Made by a program: the position numbers and the translations under genes. This document shows, piece by piece, positions 8,927-17,576 of a DNA stretch of 64,000 nt. Each line of letters opens with the position of its first letter. Positions within the stretch are counted from its first letter, which is position 1. Source of the stretch: Pseudomonadota bacterium (GTDB lineage Bacteria; Pseudomonadota; Gammaproteobacteria; Burkholderiales; REEB80); the NCBI GenBank assembly GCA_028873515.1, contig JAGWIG010000010.1:5642-69641 (forward strand), written 5' to 3'. The notes beneath the pieces are model-generated. The model was not told the DNA's origin. It saw only the letters and a program-made list of their open reading frames with translations, and searched no databases.

Positions 8927-9985
8927 ATGAAACGATCCCGTCCAGACGCCAAGCAAGCGATGAGTTTTTTTGAACAATATCTCACTGCCTGGGTTGCCCT
9001 GTGCATTCTGACCGGGATTGGACTCGGGCAGGTTTTCACCAGGACCTTTCATGACATTGCCCGGCTTGAAATCGCACAGGTCAATATCCCTGTAGGGCTT
9101 CTCATCTGGATCATGATTATTCCGATGCTGGTCAAAGTAGACTTCACAACGCTGCACCAGATCAAGGAGCATTGGAAAGGAATGGGGATTACCCTTTTTA
9201 TCAACTGGTTGATTAAACCATTTTCAATGGCTTTTTTAGGCTGGATCTTCATTGACCACCTATTTGTTTCCTGGCTTCCTGCAACCCAGACAAACAATTA
9301 TGTAGCAGGCTTGATTCTGTTGGCTGCAGCCCCATGCACAGCCATGGTCTTTGTCTGGAGCCGACTTGCAAATGGAAACCCCCTATTCACCCTGTCGCAG
9401 GTTGCCCTGAACGATAGCATCATGATTTTTGCCTATGCTCCCATCGTTGCCCTTCTATTAGGTTTTTCTTCAATCGTGGTACCATGGGATACCCTCCTGA
9501 TTTCGGTTCTGCTCTACATTATCCTTCCAGTACTTCTTTCCCGAATATTACGTTCACACATGCTGGCCCAGGGACAGGTGTATTTCAACAAGGTGGCACA
9601 TCAAATGGGAGCAGCCTCCATTGTTTCCTTGCTGTGTACACTGATACTGCTATTTGCTTTCCAGGGGCCATCCATCATCCGGCAGCCTCTCATCATTGCC
9701 ATGCTGGCTGTACCTATCGTTATTCAGGTCATCCTGAACTCTAGCCTTGCCTATTGGCTTAACCGGGTTTTCGGCGTTGAACACAGTATCGCCTGCCCTT
9801 CTGCCTTGATCGGTGCCTCCAATTTTTTTGAGTTGGCCGTGGCTACAGCAATCAGCCTGTATGGATTTCAATCAGGAGCAGCACTGGCAACAGTTGTAGG
9901 GGTTCTCGTCGAAGTACCCGTGATGCTCCTGGTCGTCCATGCCGTCAACATCAGTAAAAACTGGTATGAGCGTAAACCCGGCTGA
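8927..9985 (+). CDS. acr3: ACR3-family arsenite efflux permease
   Basis: 352-aa polytopic membrane protein with ACR3-like sequence (FEQYLTAWVALCI..., LLAAAPCTAMVFVWS). Starts 3 nt after arsC. Confidence 0.85.
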   Translation: MKRSRPDAKQAMSFFEQYLTAWVALCILTGIGLGQVFTRTFHDIARLEIAQVNIPVGLLIWIMIIPMLVKVDFTTLHQIKEHWKGMGITLFINWLIKPFSMAFLGWIFIDHLFVSWLPATQTNNYVAGLILLAAAPCTAMVFVWSRLANGNPLFTLSQVALNDSIMIFAYAPIVALLLGFSSIVVPWDTLLISVLLYIILPVLLSRILRSHMLAQGQVYFNKVAHQMGAASIVSLLCTLILLFAFQGPSIIRQPLIIAMLAVPIVIQVILNSSLAYWLNRVFGVEHSIACPSALIGASNFFELAVATAISLYGFQSGAALATVVGVLVEVPVMLLVVHAVNISKNWYERKPG

Positions 9986-10009
9986 CGTGACCCGCACCTG
10001 TCTGCCAAT

Positions 10010-11146
10010 CTATAACAGTAACCAGGCCAAACCTGCACCCATAACCAGAAAAGGAACCGAATAAAAGTGAAATTCAAGCCAAAGCATTCGCTCCCTGGCC
10101 ATCCGTAACGCAATAAGATTCGCGAGTGACCCTAGAACGAAACCAAACCCTCCCACGTTGACAGCATAGGCTAGAAGCCGGCCGGAAGGTAAAAATTTCT
10201 GTAATAACAAGGCTGCTGGTACATTGCTGATAACCTGGGAAGTAAACAGGCTGAACAGAAACATATGCACGGAAGAATGCAGATGTACAGAAGCCAGCCA
10301 GGAAGACAGCCTGTCAAAGTGTGTCAAAAATCCGATATCCAGAAACATCAGTATAAAAACAGCAATGAGACTCCAGTCGACATCAGCCAGTATCCTTGGG
10401 AACAGGATCGTAAAAAAAACCAGCAGCAGCATTAAACTCCATCCCGGATACCCAGACTCGATTCCTAAAACAAATCCGGCATATAAAAGCAAACAGCGAT
10501 AAAGCATTTTCATCTCTGCCGGCTCTGGATACTCATCGAGTTCAACTGCAATGGGATCATTTCGAAAAACCAGAGCCGTAACCCCAAGCAGCACAGGGAG
10601 CAGGACCATTTCCAAAGGAGCCATTTGCAGGGTGAAATCAAGAAATGACAGATGTGATTGCTGCCATAGGAAAATGTTCTGGGGATTTCCGATAGGCGTA
10701 AAAAGCGACCCGGTATTGACAGCCAGAGCCTCGAAAATAACCAGCCTTCCTACGGGCAGGATACTGATTTTTCTTAATCCAAGAGTCAAAGGCACAACGA
10801 TAAACAACATAATGTCATTCGTGAGCAGCATGGATCCCAGTGCAGCAAACAATACCAGAAATATTGCCAGGGGACGCTCATGATGCAGGTGATGAATTAC
10901 ATGTATACCGAGATGGGATAAATAGCCACTTCTCTCTATTCCTTTTGTTAGAAGCATCAGTCCTGCAAGGGAATAAATTGTACGCCAGTCAATCGAACGG
11001 ACTGCTTCATGTTCTTTCACTGGATGAATCAGGTAAAGTATGACCCCTGCCAGAAGAAGAAGGTGTAACAGCCGGTCCTGCCTGAACATCCAGTACAGCT
11101 TCTCCAGAAATGAGCAAACCAGATTAGGACGTAAGCTTAATGCCAT
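10010..11146 (-). CDS. ArsB/NhaD-superfamily (CitMHS-like) anion permease
   Basis: 378-aa polytopic membrane ORF convergent with acr3. Sequence pattern (LTNDIMLFIVVPLTL, FTPIGNPQNIFLW) is typical of the ArsB/NhaD permease superfamily. Substrate unknown. Confidence 0.55.
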   Translation of the reverse strand: MALSLRPNLVCSFLEKLYWMFRQDRLLHLLLLAGVILYLIHPVKEHEAVRSIDWRTIYSLAGLMLLTKGIERSGYLSHLGIHVIHHLHHERPLAIFLVLFAALGSMLLTNDIMLFIVVPLTLGLRKISILPVGRLVIFEALAVNTGSLFTPIGNPQNIFLWQQSHLSFLDFTLQMAPLEMVLLPVLLGVTALVFRNDPIAVELDEYPEPAEMKMLYRCLLLYAGFVLGIESGYPGWSLMLLLVFFTILFPRILADVDWSLIAVFILMFLDIGFLTHFDRLSSWLASVHLHSSVHMFLFSLFTSQVISNVPAALLLQKFLPSGRLLAYAVNVGGFGFVLGSLANLIALRMARERMLWLEFHFYSVPFLVMGAGLAWLLL

Positions 11147-11372
11147 TGTTGCCTAACGCTTTCTACCTGATCCCTGCCTTTGGGTTTTTTTGAAATCATG
11201 GTCCGCTTCCGGTTCTGGCAAGGATGGTGGAACTGCCTGCTCCCGGCTTGCATTGCCAGCACCATCCAATTATGAATTTTATTACATATTTCCAGAACGC
11301 TAATTTTCCAATATTATTTCGTTAATATTGTTAGAAAACATTGTTTTCAGCATCCAAATTATAGAGATCAAA

Positions 11373-11927
11373 ATGAGCCTTTCCATCCGAAATGAAACCA
11401 CACAGGCAGAACCGGCTAGTTTATCGAGAAAAATTTCCTTCCGATCCACTTTGCTTCTGCTGACCATGGGGGCGTTCGCAACCCTTGTCCAGGCAGGTTT
11501 ACGCTTTCCCTTACACATTCCAGGCCACCAGGGGTTAATATGGATGGCCATTTTAATCTATGCACGCATGAATTCATCCTATCGTTTTTCAGCAGTCATA
11601 TGTTCTGTTGGAGCGGCATCAGTGTCTCCTTTTCTGGGATTTCATGATCCCTTCGCAGCATTTTCCTTTATTCTCTCCGGGCTTGCTCTCGATCTGGGTT
11701 TTATAGCCTTTGCACCCAAACGCCTGGGAATGGTTGCGCTTATGGGAGCAGTGGTTTTTCTGGCTCAACCCCTGCTGCAATCCCTCATCATGTCCACACC
11801 GAATGCCTTGTTCCACACTGCAAATTTTGGCCTCCCCTATCTGTTGCTGACTCATCTGGCATTTGGCTTTACCGGCTCTTTGATTGGCCTTGGACTTGCA
11901 AAAACAAAACACATAAATTGCAACTGA
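11373..11927 (+). CDS. Small polytopic membrane protein of unknown function (first gene of the TonB-receptor operon)
   Basis: About 185 aa from ATG 11373 (MSLSIRNE...), with 5-6 hydrophobic helices. Lies 43 nt upstream of the TonB-dependent receptor. No family recognised by eye. Confidence 0.5.
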   Translation: MSLSIRNETTQAEPASLSRKISFRSTLLLLTMGAFATLVQAGLRFPLHIPGHQGLIWMAILIYARMNSSYRFSAVICSVGAASVSPFLGFHDPFAAFSFILSGLALDLGFIAFAPKRLGMVALMGAVVFLAQPLLQSLIMSTPNALFHTANFGLPYLLLTHLAFGFTGSLIGLGLAKTKHINCN

Positions 11928-11970
11928 AACGCCCCTCTTCAATTCAGAACAATAACCCAGGCTACTTATA

Positions 11971-14016
11971 ATGAAAAAAAAACCTTTCCAGATTCGTATT
12001 CTGTTTCTTTTGTTGATCTGCACACTACCTCTTTCCGCCAGAGCCGACAATCCCCGAAATGAAGTTTTTCAGGGCGGCGAAATTGTTGTGTCATCCCATC
12101 GTCCAGTAATAGAACAAGTCAGCACGGTAAGAACCGTTACGGAATCTGAAATCAGAAAAATGGGAGCCACCACGCTTGACGAAGCCATCAACCTGCTTCC
12201 GGGCATCAATATCCGTGTGGGTGGGGATGGCACACCCCGCATCGATCTTCGTGGGTTCGTCACCCGTCACATCAAACTTCTCATCAATGGCGTGCCTTTT
12301 AATTCAACCTATGACGGCCAGTTTGATCCAACCCTGATTCCCGTTGAGTCCATTGCGGAAATCAAACTAATTTCCGGTGGAGCCTCAATGCTCTATGGAG
12401 ATGGTGATCTTGCGGGAGTCATCAACATCATCACAAAAAAAGGTTATGCCCCCCCCCACCTTGATAATGCGGGAGCAGAAACCGGTACTGATGGCTTCAA
12501 TCGGCTTTATGGCTCTGTTGCGGGATCAAAAGGACGAGGAAGCTATTATCTGAGCGCAAGCGAATCGGGGAGGGAAGGCGAACCAGCTTCCTCGAATAAT
12601 GACTATACATTTGGCAAAACAGGAGGCCTGATTTCCAATAGCGATCGCCTGCGTAAAAACCTTTACGGAAACTTCGGCTACCACGTCTCGTCAAAAACGG
12701 CTATTGATCTTACTTTCACACATATTGAAGGGCATAATGGCCTTGCATTACCTGGCATAGACAACAAAAACGATCCTTTTGCACCAACAGTCAAATACGA
12801 ACGCCTGGATCACATTGTCGGCAATACAGTCCAGCTCACTGGGGACTTCAAGCCTGCCCATCGTTTATCCATGCGCTCATGGCTGTACTTCAATACGTTG
12901 ACAGAAGATGACAATAGCTATGATAACGCCAACTATGATACGGTTAGTAATCCTTCTCTTAAAAACACTTTTCTCACCCATAATACGACCCATATTCCAG
13001 GTGCCCATATCCAGTTAAGCTATCATGCCATAAGTTCAGGCACCTTAAGCCTTGCCGCTGATAGCCGCATCGAATACTGGAACCAGACTGGCTTGCTCCA
13101 CAATGTTCCCTTAGGGGGTGGAGGTGGGGGAGGAGGGGGCCACGGAGGAGGCGGTGGGGGAACATATACTTCACAGAACATCAATCTTGCCCGGGAAATC
13201 GGAATCCAGTCCCTTGACCTTGAGTACTCCGTTCATCCTCTTCCCAAGCTGAGCCTGGTTGCAGGTGTCGGCCAATATTGGCAGCGACTGGATAATGATA
13301 GTCACAGAAATGCCCATGGATTTCTTCTGGGTTCTTCCTATCAATGGTTGCCCAGAACACGCTTACGTGCCTCTTTCAGCCGTCATATCCGTTTTCCTGA
13401 AATCCAGCAGCTCTACAATGCCACTTCAGGCGATCCTGGCCTTTTGCCTGAATCAGCCCTGAACACAGAAATAGGGATTGATCATCAAATATTATCCGGC
13501 ACCACTGTCGGGTTGACTCTTTTTCATGATGACGTCCACAACTACATTGAAAAAAACAATACCACCAACTTCTATCAGAACTATGATCATTACCTGTTCC
13601 AGGGAATAGAATTTTCTGGAAAAACACGTTATTTCAAGCGTCTGGAATTAACAGGAACCTATACTTACCTGCAATCAGAAAACAAGTCTTATGCCGCATC
13701 CAGCAATCTGCTGCAATATCGGCCAAGGCATAAGCTTGACCTTTCTGCCGACTATCGTTTCAATCATGGTTATAGCGCTTTCATGTCCATGCTTTTTATC
13801 GCCAACCAGGAATATTTCTCCAATTCAAACCCGACACAAAATGGCCAGCTCAATGGCTATACATTATTCAATATCAAGCTGAACAAACACATTGAAGCCA
13901 CTCACCTGACGCTGTATGTCGGGGCAAACAATCTGTTCGACAAAAATTATGAAACAAGCTATGGTTTTCCTCAGGCAGGCCGGGTAATTTATACAGGCAT
14001 CGAATACGGATTATGA
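11971..14016 (+). CDS. TonB-dependent outer-membrane receptor with internal poly-Gly/His tract
   Basis: Signal peptide and plug domain (TLDEAINLLPGINI, IDLRGF, LINGVP, AGVINIITKKG), with beta-barrel repeats to the C-terminus. GGGGGGGGHGGGGGG insert. Confidence 0.85.
   Translation: MKKKPFQIRILFLLLICTLPLSARADNPRNEVFQGGEIVVSSHRPVIEQVSTVRTVTESEIRKMGATTLDEAINLLPGINIRVGGDGTPRIDLRGFVTRHIKLLINGVPFNSTYDGQFDPTLIPVESIAEIKLISGGASMLYGDGDLAGVINIITKKGYAPPHLDNAGAETGTDGFNRLYGSVAGSKGRGSYYLSASESGREGEPASSNNDYTFGKTGGLISNSDRLRKNLYGNFGYHVSSKTAIDLTFTHIEGHNGLALPGIDNKNDPFAPTVKYERLDHIVGNTVQLTGDFKPAHRLSMRSWLYFNTLTEDDNSYDNANYDTVSNPSLKNTFLTHNTTHIPGAHIQLSYHAISSGTLSLAADSRIEYWNQTGLLHNVPLGGGGGGGGGHGGGGGGTYTSQNINLAREIGIQSLDLEYSVHPLPKLSLVAGVGQYWQRLDNDSHRNAHGFLLGSSYQWLPRTRLRASFSRHIRFPEIQQLYNATSGDPGLLPESALNTEIGIDHQILSGTTVGLTLFHDDVHNYIEKNNTTNFYQNYDHYLFQGIEFSGKTRYFKRLELTGTYTYLQSENKSYAASSNLLQYRPRHKLDLSADYRFNHGYSAFMSMLFIANQEYFSNSNPTQNGQLNGYTLFNIKLNKHIEATHLTLYVGANNLFDKNYETSYGFPQAGRVIYTGIEYGL
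13114..13160 (+). repeat. G-run-rich low-complexity tract (four G5 runs) encoding Gly8-His-Gly6
   Basis: Sequence GGGGGtGGaGGtGGGGGaGGaGGGGGccacGGaGGaGGcGGtGGGGG read directly on the sense strand of the receptor gene. Confidence 0.9.
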
Positions 14017-14017
14017 C

Positions 14018-14743
14018 ATGCGCTTTTTAGTAAGCATTGACGATACAGATAATCTGGACAGTCCAGGAACTGGAGAAGTTGCTCAGTGGCTGCGTGAGCA
14101 CCTTGAGTGCATGAAACTCGCCAAAACAACGTTTATTACGCGTCATCAGCTTTTCATTCACCCGGATATAGCCTATACATCACATAACAGCAGCATGTGT
14201 TTTATTGCCGAGGCCATTGCCCCGCTAAACACCATTATTCCGGTTATGGCATCAAAAATCAGGGAATTTTCCTCCCTTGATTCTGATCCCGGTCTTTGTA
14301 TTGCCAGCCTGGATAGCCTCCAACATCCAGAAGAACTGGTTGCTTTTGGAAAAGCTGCCAAAACCGAAGTCCTGAACAAAGACATGGCGTATGCCCTTGC
14401 CCTTAAAACAGGAGCTCATCTTTCAGAACACGGCGGGGATGGAAGTGGCGTCATTGGTGCCCTGGCAGGTGCAGGATTGCGTCTTTCCGGCGAAGATGGC
14501 AAGCTGCGGGGCAGCCTTTCTTTCAGCCAAACCCTTATATCAGTTTCAAAAATAAGGATACATCCAGATATTCAGGATATCCGAACCCTTTCCCATGAAA
14601 CCATTACCGATGATGAACTGGTCGAAATTGTCGACAAACCTAAAACGGTCATGCAGGAAGGCAAAGCGGTATTACTTCTTACGCATTGCGAGGCCAGCAG
14701 GAACTGGCGCACCCTGACGCGAAAGGAACTGAAAAATTACTGA
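14018..14743 (+). CDS. Stand-alone TiaS-TCKD-like (Thr18-Cyt34 kinase domain-like) protein, function unknown
   Basis: 241-aa ORF starting 1 nt after the receptor stop. N-terminus MRFLVSIDDTDNLDSPGTGE matches the archaeal TiaS MRxxVGIDDTDS...T18 signature as I recall it. Further similarities: RHQLFIHPDIAYTSHNSSMCF, DPGLCI, GSGVIGALAGAG. Comparison is from memory, not from an alignment. Confidence 0.5.
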   Translation: MRFLVSIDDTDNLDSPGTGEVAQWLREHLECMKLAKTTFITRHQLFIHPDIAYTSHNSSMCFIAEAIAPLNTIIPVMASKIREFSSLDSDPGLCIASLDSLQHPEELVAFGKAAKTEVLNKDMAYALALKTGAHLSEHGGDGSGVIGALAGAGLRLSGEDGKLRGSLSFSQTLISVSKIRIHPDIQDIRTLSHETITDDELVEIVDKPKTVMQEGKAVLLLTHCEASRNWRTLTRKELKNY

Positions 14744-14756
14744 TTGCTGGCAGCCA

Positions 14757-14954
14757 GTGGATAAGGGCCGGCTTTATCTGGGCGGAAAAAACAATGAGGA
14801 TGAAGCCTCCAGGCTTGCCTCTCTTTGCCCTGGTTTTGCTCCTGACGAAGAGGACGAACAGGTTTCCTTAATACCTCGCTCCTGTTACAACTGCCGACAG
14901 CGCAGGTGGACGTCGGACAGCTTTATCTGTATGCTGCACTTTAAACCGGCCTGA
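14757..14954 (+). CDS. Small Cys-containing ORF (possible Zn-binding), hypothetical
   Basis: 65-aa GTG-initiated ORF 13 nt after the TCKD-like gene, with Cys at CPGF...CYNC...FIC. Coding status unproven. Confidence 0.3.
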   Translation: MDKGRLYLGGKNNEDEASRLASLCPGFAPDEEDEQVSLIPRSCYNCRQRRWTSDSFICMLHFKPA

Positions 14955-15140
14955 ATTTAACATCTGATCTTATCCGCAAAGTTCAAAAAATCATGCAACT
15001 TGGTGTATTCAGGATAGGTTCGACTGTTACCTGGGAAGCGTTCCTTCCAAATTGAGCGTCAAGCTCTGGTACAGCTTGCCTGTTCATTAAAATGGTTTTA
15101 TGCTCAGACAGGAATTTCAGAATCATAATGGACATCTTGC

Positions 15141-17576
15141 ATGCATAAACCCATACCGTTTGCTCCCGGATGGCCGGGTATAAAACCAAGCTGGACTTCT
15201 AGTGACAAAACTGGCGTAGGAACAGCACTTAATCAGAACACCCAAATCTGGTTCACGTTAAGCCACGGAATTATAAACGAAATATATTTCCCCAGGCTGG
15301 ACACCCCCAGTACGCGTGACATGGAAATGCTGGTCACCAATGGCCGGGATTTCTTTTCAGAAGAAAAACGTCATACCCATAGTGAACTAACCTACCCAAA
15401 TGAAGGGGTGCCACTCTATCAAATCGTCAATCGATGTAAAAACCATCTTTATCAGATTGAAAAGCGAATCCTTGCCGATCCACTTCGGGACTCCCTGCTT
15501 CAAAGAATAAATTTTATTCCGGAAGACACACTAGACAATCCTCATCTGTATGTCCTGCTATCTCCCCATCTTGGTAACATGGGGTACGATAACACAGCCT
15601 GGATTGGTGAGTACAAGGGCACCCCAATGCTCTTTGCGCAGCGCCAGCATTTTTGTCTTGCGCTGGCCTGTTCAGCACCCTGGCTTGGTCTGAGCGTCGG
15701 ATTTGTTGGCACTTCGGATGGATGGCAGGATCTCCATCGTCACAAGCGCATGACTATGTTTCATGAACGGGCAGAAAACGGCAACGTAGCACTTATCGGA
15801 GAAATTGACTGGCGTACCGCAAATGGGCCGTTTTTGCTATCCCTGGGTTTTGGCCTTAGCCCTTTTGAAGCCGGAAACCGTGCCTTGGCAAGTCTTCAGG
15901 ATGGGTATTCATGGGCTGAAAAAAAGTATGTCCAGGAATGGCTTACGTGGCATGATACCCTGCGGCCAATGGACGAGCATGTTGTTGAAGGATGGAATCC
16001 CTATCGGGTAAGTGCGACAGTTTTAAGGGTACATGAATCCAAACGCATCATGGGCAGCCTCATCGCGAGTCTATCCTTTCCATGGGGCGCATCAAAAAGT
16101 GATAACGACATGGGCGGATACCATCTGACCTGGCCCCGTGATCTCTCAGAATCCGCTGGTGGACTTCTTGCCATGGGTGCACCAAACGATGCCTGGCCCA
16201 TTATTCATTATCTGCAGTCAACCCAGGAAAATGACGGGCATTGGCCCCAGAACATGTGGCTGGATGGAAAACCTTACTGGTCAGGTATCCAGCTTGACGA
16301 AACCGCTTTTCCCATCATGCTCATTGACCTGGCCCGAAGGGAAGGAGTACTTTCTGATGGCGAATTCCGCAGACTCTGGCCAATGGTTCGCAAGGCAGCT
16401 GCCTTTATTGCCCGAAATGGCCCGATAACGGAACAGGATCGCTGGGAAGAAGATGCTGGTTATTCCCCTTTTACACTGGCAGTGGCCATTGCCGCGCTGC
16501 TTGTTGCTGCCGAACTCGCTGAACGGATCAATGAGCACAATATAGCCAGCTATCTTCGTGAAACAGCCGATGTATGGAATGACGGAATTGATCGATGGAC
16601 CTATGTTCAAGATACAGATCTGTCACGCGAAATCGGGGTAGAAGGTTATTACCTCCGGATTGCTCCACCCGACATCACCAAAGTTTCCAATCCCGCGCTT
16701 TGCTTTATCCCAATCAAGAACCAGCCATCAGGAATAAAATTGCTTCCAGCCAGCCAGATTGTCAGCCCGGATGCGCTAGCACTGGTGCGTTTTGGCTTAA
16801 GGGCTCCTGACGATCCCCGCATTCTCAATACCATCAAGGTTATCGATAAACTGCTTAAAGTCGAGACCCCGCATGGTCCGGCATGGCATCGATACAATCA
16901 TGATGGCTATGGGGAACATGAAGATGGGCAGCCATTCGATGGATCAGGCATTGGACGGCCCTGGCCCCTTCTGACCGGGGAAAGGGCTCATTATGAGCTG
17001 GCCGCAGGCAATCTGGACGAAGCCAAACGCCTGCAACAGACCATGGCCATGTTTGCCAATGCCGGAGGCATGTTCCCGGAACAAATCTGGGATGCCCCAG
17101 ATATTCCAAAAAAAGACCTCTACCTTGGAGCTCCTTCAGGCTCAGCCATGCCCCTGGTCTGGGCTCATGCCGAATACGTCAAACTGGTTCGATCCATGCG
17201 TGAAGAAAGAGTTTTTGATGCCCCCCCGCAAACCATAGATCGATATATCGTACACAAGATGGTTTCTCCCCATTCATTCTGGCGTTTCAACTTTAAACGT
17301 AAAATCATTCCTGCAGGAAAAATCCTGCGTCTTGAAATATTTCATGAAGCCATGATCCACTGGACTGGGGATAACTGGCAGAGCAGTCAGGATATGGACA
17401 CCAAAAATACCGGGCTGGGAATTCATATTGCCGATCTGCCTACACAGAACCTGGAGCCCGGCAGCAAGATTCAGTTTACTTTCTACTGGATTGACTCCCA
17501 GCGCTGGGAAGAGATTGATTACATGGTCAAGGTAGTCGAAGTCGGGGATAAACGGCTATATATCAAGCATTCCTGA
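15141..17576 (+). CDS. Glycoside hydrolase family 15 glucoamylase (glucan 1,4-alpha-glucosidase)
   Basis: 811-aa ORF with bacterial GH15 N-domain and (alpha/alpha)6 catalytic-domain signatures (SLIASLSFPWG, GGYHLTWPRD, QDRWEE, PEQIWD). Confidence 0.85.
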   Translation: MHKPIPFAPGWPGIKPSWTSSDKTGVGTALNQNTQIWFTLSHGIINEIYFPRLDTPSTRDMEMLVTNGRDFFSEEKRHTHSELTYPNEGVPLYQIVNRCKNHLYQIEKRILADPLRDSLLQRINFIPEDTLDNPHLYVLLSPHLGNMGYDNTAWIGEYKGTPMLFAQRQHFCLALACSAPWLGLSVGFVGTSDGWQDLHRHKRMTMFHERAENGNVALIGEIDWRTANGPFLLSLGFGLSPFEAGNRALASLQDGYSWAEKKYVQEWLTWHDTLRPMDEHVVEGWNPYRVSATVLRVHESKRIMGSLIASLSFPWGASKSDNDMGGYHLTWPRDLSESAGGLLAMGAPNDAWPIIHYLQSTQENDGHWPQNMWLDGKPYWSGIQLDETAFPIMLIDLARREGVLSDGEFRRLWPMVRKAAAFIARNGPITEQDRWEEDAGYSPFTLAVAIAALLVAAELAERINEHNIASYLRETADVWNDGIDRWTYVQDTDLSREIGVEGYYLRIAPPDITKVSNPALCFIPIKNQPSGIKLLPASQIVSPDALALVRFGLRAPDDPRILNTIKVIDKLLKVETPHGPAWHRYNHDGYGEHEDGQPFDGSGIGRPWPLLTGERAHYELAAGNLDEAKRLQQTMAMFANAGGMFPEQIWDAPDIPKKDLYLGAPSGSAMPLVWAHAEYVKLVRSMREERVFDAPPQTIDRYIVHKMVSPHSFWRFNFKRKIIPAGKILRLEIFHEAMIHWTGDNWQSSQDMDTKNTGLGIHIADLPTQNLEPGSKIQFTFYWIDSQRWEEIDYMVKVVEVGDKRLYIKHS

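Noticed and set aside
11147-11372. Possible cobalamin (or other) riboswitch upstream of the TonB-receptor operon. A stem GGATGGTG...CACCATCC (11222-11267) encloses about 30 nt.
   Set aside because: I looked for the B12 box (AGYCMGGAGACCKGCC-like) and the conserved AGGGAA / GGTGNAAANCC core and did not find them.

The stem-loop alone is not diagnostic. An Infernal/Rfam scan would settle it.
17556-17576. 21-nt overlap of the convergent 3' ends of the GH15 glucoamylase gene and glk.
   Set aside because: Short convergent overlaps are common in compact genomes. Both ORFs have credible C-termini.

I do not consider this biologically remarkable.
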